Source of the DNA: an uncultured virus (IMG/VR IMGVR_UViG_3300009161_000002)
Lineage: Duplodnaviria; Heunggongvirae; Uroviricota; Caudoviricetes
Virus record (IMG/VR): IMGVR_UViG_3300009161_000002
Reading direction: 5' to 3' (one strand)
Length of the DNA stretch: 62,355 nt
Below are positions 19,727 through 29,450 of this stretch, piece after piece; the stretch's first letter is position 1; each line of letters opens with the position of its first letter. The notes beneath the pieces were generated by a model. It was not told the DNA's origin. It saw only the letters and a program-made list of their open reading frames with translations, and did not search any database. The translations under genes were made by a program, and so were the position numbers.

Positions 19727-22700
19727 CTATATTTTTTCAAACGTATAACCTAATTTTTCTAACTTCTTCATAGTAGCTTCATCTATCTCATCTCCAAGTG
19801 TATAATCAATAGAACCTCCGTCTTCCCATTGTTTAACTGTTTTAAAAGTTTTAGGATCAACTAAAAAATTATTTTCAATATTAAATGGTTTACCACCTAC
19901 TAAACTTAATGCTTCTACATTTTGTAATGGTTTAAAATAAGTAGAACTTAAATATTTTTTTGCAAGTGAACTAGGTTTTATAAATGCAGAACCTCTTTTT
20001 TCAAAAGGATTTAAATCCCATTTATCATAAGCTTTCCATTGCATACCTTCTGGAGTATCACGGACATCCCATCTATAACCACCTCTTACACCATATGAAT
20101 CATTATCATATATAGCATCTGTAAATTCTGGATCAGGACTTTTTGCAACTTTATATGTTTGAATCCATGGATGATGATAAACAGGTTGACCCAAGAATTC
20201 ATCAATCTGACTTCTTCTTAAATCAGCCCAACGATTATCTCCAGAGTTAATTTTTTGCAAAGGGTGTGGATTTAAATCATAAAAGTCTTTTGTTAATCCA
20301 ACTAACATGTCTCTTTTACCATCCCATGCTTGACCTTTAAAACTATTAGCTATTATATCATTTTTTCTCTCAGCAAAAAATTGAGGAGTATGTTGAAGAC
20401 CTAACATCTTGTAAGTGTTATCACCTATTTGTTCAAGAGTATTATATTCTTGTGGTAGCTTTAATCCAACTGCCCATGCATCTAATCTTCTTTTACCTAT
20501 ATCCTCAAGTTGCATCATAATTTCTGGATCATAATCTTTGATAGCCATTATTTTATCAGCTTCAGAAAATTTATCCCACTGTGATTTTGATACATCTAAG
20601 TTATTAAGTAATTTAGATAGATATTCAGGTGCCCCATATTTTAAAGACATACCTGTTCTAAAAGCTCTATTATCATTACTAAAAGTATTCTTATATAACT
20701 CAGACGGCATTCCTGTAAATTTTTCTATTATGCGATAATTAGCAGGATTAACTCCTTTGTATAAAAAAGCTCTTAATGCATTACCAGGAGTTAATTTAGA
20801 AGCAACTTTTGCAATACCACCTAGATTATATTTTCTAGTAAGTTTATAATTTGGTATTCTTATTTCTCCCCAATCTCCTCCAGTAACATTTTCAAAATAT
20901 GCTTTTTCCATTAAACCTCTACCCAGCAAATCTGCATTTATTCTGTCAATCATTTCTGCAGACATCTTTGGATTAAAGACTCTTCCTGTACGAAAACCTG
21001 TTGGCACACCTTCTATACCATCAAATAACTTACTCTTTTCAGATACAAAATTTAAAGGAATATGATTTTCAAAATTCATATCCCAGTCTTTTCTTTTTGC
21101 CATGTTTAACAATAGATTATAAGAATCTAAACTTAAACTATGTGGTTCTAATATAGAAGGAAAAGCTTGAGGAAAAGAATCATTAATTAATTTCATTGCT
21201 CTACCTGCTTCCATAGGATTAGTCATTTTAGTTGCAAAATGAAAAATATTATCTTCTACTTTATTATTAGGATAAACTGAAAAGTAACCACTATCACCAG
21301 CTATTGTCAAAGGAAATTTTAATTGTTTTACATCCAAATCAATTGGTATATTTCTTAAATCTACTACACTATTTTCATTAGGTGGCAGATAAGTAGTAAC
21401 ACCACGCTGAGTAAGCGGTGTTATAAGAGTTCTAGAAGCAGGTCTTCTTGCTGTTTTACCAACAGATATTAAACTTTTTAAAAGAACTGGTAAACCTTCT
21501 CTAGCTTTAGTCAGTTCTGGAACAGATATATCTTCTATAATAAAACCACCTTTAGCATATTCTTGAATTTCTTCTGGTGTAAGATCTGCTTCGATGTAAT
21601 CTCCACCATCTTGTTTTTTAGGAAACATAGATTTACCATCTTTTTCAAATTGTTCTTCACGAACTCTTGCTTCTCCTTCTTCTGTAGTTGGATCTTGATA
21701 CATTAAAGCATTTGCACCTGGAAAACCTTCTGTAAATTCTTGTAATTTATTTCTTGGTATAAATTGTAAATTAGGATTAGCTTTGATCATTGCATCTGTT
21801 TGGGCTTCTAATTCAGTATTTCTTCTGTCATAGTAATTACCTATTGCTTGATCTGATGCTACAGTATTATTAGGTCTTTGACCTAAAAAACCAGCAGTAC
21901 TTGCACCACCTCCTAAGTTTTGCAAATGGTGATACTTTTCATGTTCTGTCCACCAACCATTATTTTCTATTGATCCAGGTCTTGTATCTTGACTTATTTC
22001 ACCTGTTGCTGCATTATATCCTGTATTCTCATCAGTTTCAATTACTTCTGGTTCTTGCCATTCTACACATTGACCATTATAAATAACGTATCCTTCTGGA
22101 CATTCTGATTCTCCACCATCTTGTGCATGTACTAATCCTTGACCACCACATTTATGACATGTAGTAATATCCTTACCACCATCTGCAGCATCCCATTCCC
22201 AACTACACTTTTTACATGTTACTTCTTTAGTAAGTAAAGCACCACCCTCTTCATAGTACTTAGCATTAGGATCATACACTTTATTCTTTCTAGACGTAGG
22301 TTTAGCAAAGAATGAATTTTCAGTAAAGAACTTATTTGTAGCCTCTAAACTTCTAGAGTATCCTCTAGAGTTTTTCTTTCTAGGCATCTTTGGTAAAGAA
22401 CCACCTTTTTTAAAATCATCTGGAGTTTCTAAAGTAGGGTCGTTATCTTCGTAATAGTTACCTGCTATTTCTTCTCCCGGTTGAATGTTCTTAAGAGCTC
22501 TTAAATATCTTTTGTTACCTTGAATTATAGAACCAGCATTGTATGCATCATCAGAATGATTGTAATATTTCCCTATTACAGGAGTCTCTTTACTTTTTAA
22601 ATAAGTCTCACCATCTTTTTGGAAAGATGATTTAATATGTGAAAGACCAATTATCTCACCAGCTCTGATTGGTTCATCAGCAAACAAACCTTTACCTTGT

Positions 22701-22867
22701 ATATTAGATTTTTGTATACTAACTTTTTTGTAAGGTTTCTCATTTAAACCACCTTTACTCATCAAAGGATTTCCACTAGGGTCTACCAACACATCTTGTT
22801 TTTTAGCAGGTGCTTTAGCACTGCCAAGATTTTTGAGTGAATCTATAAGAACTTTTTTATTATACAT
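19727..22867 (-). CDS. Polyvalent cargo protein: SET domain + Zn ribbon + HExxH zincin + further modules (1046 aa)
   Basis: SET motifs SNIQGKGLFA..I..GE.I, YNHS...N, ALKNIQPGEEI..NY; CKKC...CHKC; HEKYH with downstream EGEAR; start overlaps muzzle stop (TAATG). Confidence 0.75.
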   Translation of the reverse strand: MYNKKVLIDSLKNLGSAKAPAKKQDVLVDPSGNPLMSKGGLNEKPYKKVSIQKSNIQGKGLFADEPIRAGEIIGLSHIKSSFQKDGETYLKSKETPVIGKYYNHSDDAYNAGSIIQGNKRYLRALKNIQPGEEIAGNYYEDNDPTLETPDDFKKGGSLPKMPRKKNSRGYSRSLEATNKFFTENSFFAKPTSRKNKVYDPNAKYYEEGGALLTKEVTCKKCSWEWDAADGGKDITTCHKCGGQGLVHAQDGGESECPEGYVIYNGQCVEWQEPEVIETDENTGYNAATGEISQDTRPGSIENNGWWTEHEKYHHLQNLGGGASTAGFLGQRPNNTVASDQAIGNYYDRRNTELEAQTDAMIKANPNLQFIPRNKLQEFTEGFPGANALMYQDPTTEEGEARVREEQFEKDGKSMFPKKQDGGDYIEADLTPEEIQEYAKGGFIIEDISVPELTKAREGLPVLLKSLISVGKTARRPASRTLITPLTQRGVTTYLPPNENSVVDLRNIPIDLDVKQLKFPLTIAGDSGYFSVYPNNKVEDNIFHFATKMTNPMEAGRAMKLINDSFPQAFPSILEPHSLSLDSYNLLLNMAKRKDWDMNFENHIPLNFVSEKSKLFDGIEGVPTGFRTGRVFNPKMSAEMIDRINADLLGRGLMEKAYFENVTGGDWGEIRIPNYKLTRKYNLGGIAKVASKLTPGNALRAFLYKGVNPANYRIIEKFTGMPSELYKNTFSNDNRAFRTGMSLKYGAPEYLSKLLNNLDVSKSQWDKFSEADKIMAIKDYDPEIMMQLEDIGKRRLDAWAVGLKLPQEYNTLEQIGDNTYKMLGLQHTPQFFAERKNDIIANSFKGQAWDGKRDMLVGLTKDFYDLNPHPLQKINSGDNRWADLRRSQIDEFLGQPVYHHPWIQTYKVAKSPDPEFTDAIYDNDSYGVRGGYRWDVRDTPEGMQWKAYDKWDLNPFEKRGSAFIKPSSLAKKYLSSTYFKPLQNVEALSLVGGKPFNIENNFLVDPKTFKTVKQWEDGGSIDYTLGDEIDEATMKKLEKLGYTFEKI

Positions 22868-25800
22868 TACCTAGGAGAAAATTGATTTTTACTATTAGAC
22901 ATTTTAAATATTACATTGACATCATCAGCTTGATGTTTTTTTAAATTGATAAAATTCAAATAATGTCTAAACTTCTTTCTTTGCATTTGTGGTTTAATAT
23001 AATCCAAGTTATTTGGATTTAATACTCTAGTAAATCCATCTGGCCCAGTTATCCATGTATTCTGTGAAGAATATGATCCTTGAAGAACAGTTGTTCCTGG
23101 AACAACAGGTCCTGTTGGTGGATAATTAGATCCTATTGGAAACTCTGCTCTTTGTTTTGTTACATCCCAGAACTGATTAAACCTGTACTTGTTCTCCTCT
23201 TTAGAGAAAAGAATATCATAAGAGGATAAGTTTGCATTTAATTTTGGATACTGCAAAGATTGATTAACATTATTTTTAGGATAGATGTTAAGATTAAGAT
23301 ATCCGGAAACTTGCTCTGTATTATATACTACAGCTCTATCAAAGTTATAATCTAGTACATGATGTTGATCAACACAACTATCACCACGTCTTCTGTATGC
23401 TTCTAGTATATATTCAATAGACCTAGTTGTCATTACAGATTGACCAGTTATAACAGGAAATTCAATTTCAAATCCATACTGTGTACCATAATAATTGCAG
23501 TAACCATCACAGATGTAATTATGTTTCCATAAAGTATTCTTTTTACTACTGATAAAAATATCTTTTGTAGGAATTAATAAATCTGGATGCCATTCATGAA
23601 ATGATATAAAGAATTGATTCTTAGGGTCATAGCTTAATGTCCATGAAGCATCATCAAATAAATAAGGATCACCTAAATTAAATCTTAAATTTTGTTGACC
23701 ATCTACTATAAAATCATCACCTGTACCATCTGGATTAAGACCTCTATACTCTACTCTGCCTTTAAATATAGGTTTTAACTGATAATCTTTTTTACTAAAG
23801 TATAAGATAGTGCTTGAACTATCATAAGTAGATTGACAACCAATACCGGCTACTGGATTATCTTGCCATGGGTAGTCAGGAAAATCATCTGTTAATTTAT
23901 ATGGCATGTACAATACAAACCACCATTTCAAACCAGATTGAGAAATTTCCTGTAGACCTTGACCATAAGTAAAAATTCTTCCTTGATTCTGAGACATATA
24001 AAATAACCCTACAGGAGTATTAATTACTGATAATCTATTTTGAGAAGAACCAAATTCATATGCATTATCTGCATTAGTTACAGACTGCTGTGGTTGACTA
24101 AACAAAAGACCATCACCAATAGTAAGCTTAGTACCTAAATCAGTTTCTAATGTATCAGTACCTTGATACATTAATGGGCTTTCATTTTTGAATGTAATGA
24201 AGATACCACTTTTGTTTACTGATTTAACACCTGAGATCTGACCTGTAAATTCTTTATAATTATTTATTAAATATATAAACCAACTATCTTTAATTGCCTC
24301 TATTTGTTGAGGCAACGAATAAATAATTCTATCTGGATAATAAGTATAACATAACTTAGCTACATTTGGATCATAGTATCTACTTTGTACACTTCCTGCA
24401 GAAAAATACTGATTATAAAGTTTGGATACACTTAATGAGTAATCATAAATGTACTCACTAAGCATTCCCATAACATTAGGATTCATATTAAACATTGCTC
24501 TGTAATCTGTATATCTATACGGATCATAGTGTTTACCTCCTTCTATTGGACTTTGTTTTCTAAAGTCAATAAGTACTTCAGACTCTACAAAGAAATCTCT
24601 AATACCTGAATTAGCTAAATAAAAATATGCTTGATTCACAGTCCATAGACCTATATATCTATCACTGAATACTCCACCTGGTTGTGAAGTACCAGTTGCA
24701 TAGTTATATTTTCTAATAGCATCTACATAATAATCAAGAACATAAAAAGAACCCGGATATGCACCAGTACCTGGTATAACTGCACCATTAAAATCAAATA
24801 TTTCTGATAAATAACTAACATCATATCTTATACTATTCACTTTAAATCTTGTTAAAGGAATCATACTGTGCAAATAGTAGTTGTATTCAAATCCATCTGG
24901 TTGACCATATAACCAATCATAAAAAAACATCATATTGTTTTTCTCAGTGTATCTATTTATATATGTATCACCACCAAATAGTATAGGTGTTCTTGCTATA
25001 ACTTTAAAAGTGTAAAAAACATTATCAATAGGACATGTCCATGTTGGTTCAGCTATAGTATAATTTTGTAACTTCTGTTCACATGGTGTAATTGTAATTT
25101 GACTTTCACTACCTATTTGTCCATATTGATTTCTTACTCTTCCTTTTAATCCACCATAATGACTAGCAATAGTTAAACTAAAAGGTTTTGTTTTTGAATC
25201 CTCTTCAAAATTAGGTAGGTTTGTGCTTATAAAAGCAGGGTCACTACTATTTTGAACTATTGTTCCTAATGTAACTAATGACTTATCTGTTACACCTGTT
25301 GTAATTAAGTTTGGACCAATAGTTACACCGTTTGGATAAGCCCCATTATAGTAAGGACCTGATTTAGTTCTTACTACAACAGCATCAGATCTCTTTAAGT
25401 TATTTATATTATAACTAATAAATGCACCTGTATTAGTTTGATACTTAGGAACTTCTTGTACATTATCTCTAATGTAAAAACTATCTTCTATTCTAAATCT
25501 ACTTAATGCTGTAGTAGATAAACTTGTCATGTTACCATAAAAACCATGACTTACTTGTTGTAATGCAAATTGTTGATATTGAATAAAAGCATAAAATGTT
25601 TTTAATACTAATTCAGCACCTTCTGCAAAATAAAATGCCAATGCATTTAATGCACCTAAACCTCTTGAAATAGGATCTAGATATGCATACCTAGGTAATT
25701 CAATTGAACCAGCAACAGCTAATGATACTATACCAGCGTCATTACCTGCAAGATCAACTGCTCCCAAAAGAGCACTTTGTGCATTAGCAGCAAAAGTATT

Positions 25801-28410
25801 TTCATAACCAGCAGCTAAACCTATAAATACATCTGCTAATGCTTGACCTGATTGGTAGTAATTATTTACAAAAGCATTATAAGTATTTACAGCAGGTCTT
25901 ATTATAGTACCTAAAGCAGTATTTTGTGCAACAGAGTCATCTATTCTACCACCAGATCCAGGTGTACTTGTTCCTGAAATAAATGTTCCTGACCCTGTTG
26001 CACTTGCTCCAAGATTAATTGCACCAACTCCACCTGTTCCTCTATATTGTTCAGTATAGGGTGCAAGTTGTGGCATATTATAAGTTCTCTTACCAGTCAT
26101 AGCAATAACAGTCTCTATAACCCCTCCTACCATCATAGCAGCTACAACAGCATTAGATAGTAGTTTCCATTTTGGATGTCCATTAGGTTCTTGGAATGCC
26201 ATGTTAGCATAACCATTTAATGTTCCATATACTTTAAATTCTGTAGTAGAGAGAAACGGTGTTCTAAACATTGTATCCGGAGAATGGAATGTAAATATGT
26301 CTGTAGGTATATTTTGATTAACCACAGTACCATTTACAGGTTCATTCTTAATGTATGGATCATTATAAAGATAATTATTATTTGAAGCACTGTTTGTACT
26401 ACCTATTGGTATAATAGTATTATACGGATAGTTAGCATATAATCCTGTAAAGTTTTGTGCCAATGCTCCTCTTGGTTTAAAAGTACGGAAGTTATTTACC
26501 ATTCCTTTTGCAATGATAGTTTTGTTTCCTTCTCTAGAACCTCTTAATATCTCATAACCAGCAATACCAGGAATATCAATTCCATCTTGATCTTTAGGTA
26601 GAGTTATATTTTCAAATACAACACCCATTAATCTTATATTATAATTTTGACCAGATGTTGTAATATTTGAATTTGGTCTAAAGTGTAATGCATCAGTTGT
26701 TGTACTGTTATTTATAAAATTTTCAGGAAACTTATGTTGTCTAATATGTTGACCACATAAATCAAATGGACCTACTGTACTATTAGGAGGAACTTGTGCT
26801 GCTGAACCTGTCCAACAGTATTCACTAGCGTTCCATATATCAGGTCTATTATCAGGATATATTTCTGAAGATTCCCAATAACCCATCTCCCCTATAGCAA
26901 GTAGTACACCACCATCATCCATTACCCATTGACCAGATGCATTTAAAGTTGCATTTTGTACTGTTGCAGGATATGGTAATTGAGTTGCAGTATTATATAC
27001 CTCAAATACTTTGTCATCTGTTGCTAAAGAATTTGCTACATCAAGATCAGCTGTTTCAAATATAGAACCTACACCAGGTACATTAAAATTTCTTGGTGCT
27101 CTACCTGGAATATGATATGAAGCAGATTTATCTCCTGTAGTGTATACCCATCTAATATAAAAAGTATAAACCTCGTCTCTTAAATAGTTTGTTTTATTAC
27201 CACCTTTCATATAATAATCAGCTGGGTATTCAACACTAGCCCATCTTGCACTAATCATATTAGCAAGTGGTTGATAGTTGAAATCAAATTTAGATCTTGG
27301 ACCTACTTTTAACAAGTAATTGTTAACATCTGTAATTTGATCTGATGTTTCAAATACAGGTGTTTGTATTGGTAACATCTCAAGTGGAATTTTTTCTAAA
27401 CTAGGATTAATTTGATCAATTGCAATTCTAGTAGTAGTAGTCGAATATAATCCTATTCTACTTGCAACAGTTTGTTGATTAGTAGCTTCTACAATTACTA
27501 ATTCAAACTCATCAAAATTCTTGTAATCCGCACTTACATCAAGAGTTAATGAACCCTCTAAATCATTTACTGAATATACAAATTGAAAATTACTTTGAGA
27601 AAAGTAATCAGTTACTTTTTGACCTTTTATTGTATATGCAATTAAAGCAAAGTATGTACCATTAGCTATAGTTCCTCCTTGTTGACCTATTGATAAATTA
27701 AGACAAGGTGTCTTCATCAGTCTAGCTAATCTAATATGAGGACAATCTAAAGTATTAATTAAAGTTACATAATCACAATTATTAACTACAGCTACTTTTT
27801 CAGTCCAAGCTACACCTGGCCATAAAAAACTTATATTGACACCGTTTGAGTAGTAGTTCATAGATGATGCACCACCACCTAACCAAGCATAATCTGGTGT
27901 AGGCCAAGTTTGTGGATCACCAACATTTAAAAATCTATCTGGATTAAAACCATCTGCCCAATATACTTGCCATGAACAGTCTTCTTTTTGTCTAGAAGAT
28001 CCAGATATAAGATATCTTTTATCAAAATTTAAACAAGAATCTTGTACAATTTCTCTATACTTACATACATCTTCTTCAAACAATCCTATTTCAGACATTA
28101 ATCTTTTTCCAGTACTTCCGTGTCCAGCTGTAAAAACTATCCACTTATCTGAATAAAGATATATTGCACCAATTATATATTTATCTGTAACTGTAGCAGG
28201 CATAGTTCTACCTGTAGTGCCACAAAGTATATTTGATATTTCATTAGATAATGTACCTATGTCACCTTCAATACTATTATTAACCATATTAATAGCATGG
28301 GTCCACATACCTTCAGTAACAAATGAAGGGTCAGAATCTTTATTTAACCCTTTTACAAAAGAGTTAGTAGTGATCTTACCAGTATCCTGTAAACCTTGAT
28401 TTTTTGCCAT
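22867..28410 (-). CDS. Tail stabilization / muzzle protein (1847 aa)
   Basis: N-terminal NSFVKGLNKD, YLRDEVY.F, FGGDTYINRY, WTLSYDP...FISFHEW motifs typical of crAss-like muzzle proteins; follows a ring protein gene. Confidence 0.8.
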   Translation of the reverse strand: MAKNQGLQDTGKITTNSFVKGLNKDSDPSFVTEGMWTHAINMVNNSIEGDIGTLSNEISNILCGTTGRTMPATVTDKYIIGAIYLYSDKWIVFTAGHGSTGKRLMSEIGLFEEDVCKYREIVQDSCLNFDKRYLISGSSRQKEDCSWQVYWADGFNPDRFLNVGDPQTWPTPDYAWLGGGASSMNYYSNGVNISFLWPGVAWTEKVAVVNNCDYVTLINTLDCPHIRLARLMKTPCLNLSIGQQGGTIANGTYFALIAYTIKGQKVTDYFSQSNFQFVYSVNDLEGSLTLDVSADYKNFDEFELVIVEATNQQTVASRIGLYSTTTTRIAIDQINPSLEKIPLEMLPIQTPVFETSDQITDVNNYLLKVGPRSKFDFNYQPLANMISARWASVEYPADYYMKGGNKTNYLRDEVYTFYIRWVYTTGDKSASYHIPGRAPRNFNVPGVGSIFETADLDVANSLATDDKVFEVYNTATQLPYPATVQNATLNASGQWVMDDGGVLLAIGEMGYWESSEIYPDNRPDIWNASEYCWTGSAAQVPPNSTVGPFDLCGQHIRQHKFPENFINNSTTTDALHFRPNSNITTSGQNYNIRLMGVVFENITLPKDQDGIDIPGIAGYEILRGSREGNKTIIAKGMVNNFRTFKPRGALAQNFTGLYANYPYNTIIPIGSTNSASNNNYLYNDPYIKNEPVNGTVVNQNIPTDIFTFHSPDTMFRTPFLSTTEFKVYGTLNGYANMAFQEPNGHPKWKLLSNAVVAAMMVGGVIETVIAMTGKRTYNMPQLAPYTEQYRGTGGVGAINLGASATGSGTFISGTSTPGSGGRIDDSVAQNTALGTIIRPAVNTYNAFVNNYYQSGQALADVFIGLAAGYENTFAANAQSALLGAVDLAGNDAGIVSLAVAGSIELPRYAYLDPISRGLGALNALAFYFAEGAELVLKTFYAFIQYQQFALQQVSHGFYGNMTSLSTTALSRFRIEDSFYIRDNVQEVPKYQTNTGAFISYNINNLKRSDAVVVRTKSGPYYNGAYPNGVTIGPNLITTGVTDKSLVTLGTIVQNSSDPAFISTNLPNFEEDSKTKPFSLTIASHYGGLKGRVRNQYGQIGSESQITITPCEQKLQNYTIAEPTWTCPIDNVFYTFKVIARTPILFGGDTYINRYTEKNNMMFFYDWLYGQPDGFEYNYYLHSMIPLTRFKVNSIRYDVSYLSEIFDFNGAVIPGTGAYPGSFYVLDYYVDAIRKYNYATGTSQPGGVFSDRYIGLWTVNQAYFYLANSGIRDFFVESEVLIDFRKQSPIEGGKHYDPYRYTDYRAMFNMNPNVMGMLSEYIYDYSLSVSKLYNQYFSAGSVQSRYYDPNVAKLCYTYYPDRIIYSLPQQIEAIKDSWFIYLINNYKEFTGQISGVKSVNKSGIFITFKNESPLMYQGTDTLETDLGTKLTIGDGLLFSQPQQSVTNADNAYEFGSSQNRLSVINTPVGLFYMSQNQGRIFTYGQGLQEISQSGLKWWFVLYMPYKLTDDFPDYPWQDNPVAGIGCQSTYDSSSTILYFSKKDYQLKPIFKGRVEYRGLNPDGTGDDFIVDGQQNLRFNLGDPYLFDDASWTLSYDPKNQFFISFHEWHPDLLIPTKDIFISSKKNTLWKHNYICDGYCNYYGTQYGFEIEFPVITGQSVMTTRSIEYILEAYRRRGDSCVDQHHVLDYNFDRAVVYNTEQVSGYLNLNIYPKNNVNQSLQYPKLNANLSSYDILFSKEENKYRFNQFWDVTKQRAEFPIGSNYPPTGPVVPGTTVLQGSYSSQNTWITGPDGFTRVLNPNNLDYIKPQMQRKKFRHYLNFINLKKHQADDVNVIFKMSNSKNQFSPR

Positions 28411-28412
28411 AA

Positions 28413-29450
28413 CTAAAGAACTCTATTATTGACATTTCTATATGGACCATTTGGTGAATGACTCATAAACATATAGTAATATTTACCATACATTGCTTTT
28501 CTATTAGTCCACCACATTTCTTTCATCTCTCTAAAGTTTGGAGTATTAACAAGACTAAGTGCATTATTTCTTGCAGGTTTTAATCTTGATTCTACAAGCT
28601 GTAATCTTTGAGATACATCTTCTCCATTTAAAAATAGATTTTCAAGTATTCTAGACTTCAATGCATACTCATAATATTCATTCAATAAATCATGATCAGG
28701 AACCATTAAGTTACCATTGTCATCAGTAAGATCTCCTTGATAATTTAAATATACTTTACCAGATTCAAAAGTTGTATTTAAAAATCCATATTTAATCCAA
28801 CCTTCATTAGGTGTATTAAAATATAAGTTAGGACAATCACACTCAATCTCCTGACTTGTTTTCATTCTTAAAGGAGTTAAAGCCGTATACTGTCTTGTAG
28901 TAGTTGAATTAATAACTTGAATAAGTTCCCATTTCTCTCCTTTACAGTTCATGAATACTCTTGGAGCAATACATGTATTACCATAAGGATTTAATGGATC
29001 ATATTCTGTAGGAATTGGATCTACTATAGGGTGGTTTAGGTCACAGGCAGCTGTATGATTACATGGGTTTGAATTACATGTTCTACAGTTTACAGTTTCA
29101 ATAGCACATACATCTACATTTCCTGGTACTTCTTGATAACGTACTTCTTGCATGTTAGTACCACCGGCCATACCATCATAGCCAACAATCTCCTTAAAGT
29201 TCCCACATATCATGGCAAAGTTAAAAGTGTAAAAATCATCAGGTAGTTTTACCTTATGATGACACACATCTAGAATAACTTCCTTAGTCTGATTAATTCT
29301 AAGACCTAAATCATAATTAATCTTCTTAGCTAATTTGATAAGCTGTTGTGGCTCAATCATATTCTCAAGAGCAAATGTATTTAAGTCAATAGTAACATCT
29401 TCCAGCAACTGGTCAAATGTTCTATATTTTAAAGTGTAGTTAAAGTCCAT
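28413..29450 (-). CDS. Tail tubular / ring protein with Cys-rich insertion
   Basis: VKLPDDF, FESGKVYLNYQG...DNG..MVPD and helical C-terminus; directly upstream of the muzzle gene as in crAss-like phages. Confidence 0.65.
   Translation of the reverse strand: MDFNYTLKYRTFDQLLEDVTIDLNTFALENMIEPQQLIKLAKKINYDLGLRINQTKEVILDVCHHKVKLPDDFYTFNFAMICGNFKEIVGYDGMAGGTNMQEVRYQEVPGNVDVCAIETVNCRTCNSNPCNHTAACDLNHPIVDPIPTEYDPLNPYGNTCIAPRVFMNCKGEKWELIQVINSTTTRQYTALTPLRMKTSQEIECDCPNLYFNTPNEGWIKYGFLNTTFESGKVYLNYQGDLTDDNGNLMVPDHDLLNEYYEYALKSRILENLFLNGEDVSQRLQLVESRLKPARNNALSLVNTPNFREMKEMWWTNRKAMYGKYYYMFMSHSPNGPYRNVNNRVL

Noticed and set aside
1..22867. Virion RNA polymerase among the large ORFs
   Set aside because: No DxDGD/DxDxD catalytic motif recognised in the visible proteins; it may lie beyond the left edge.
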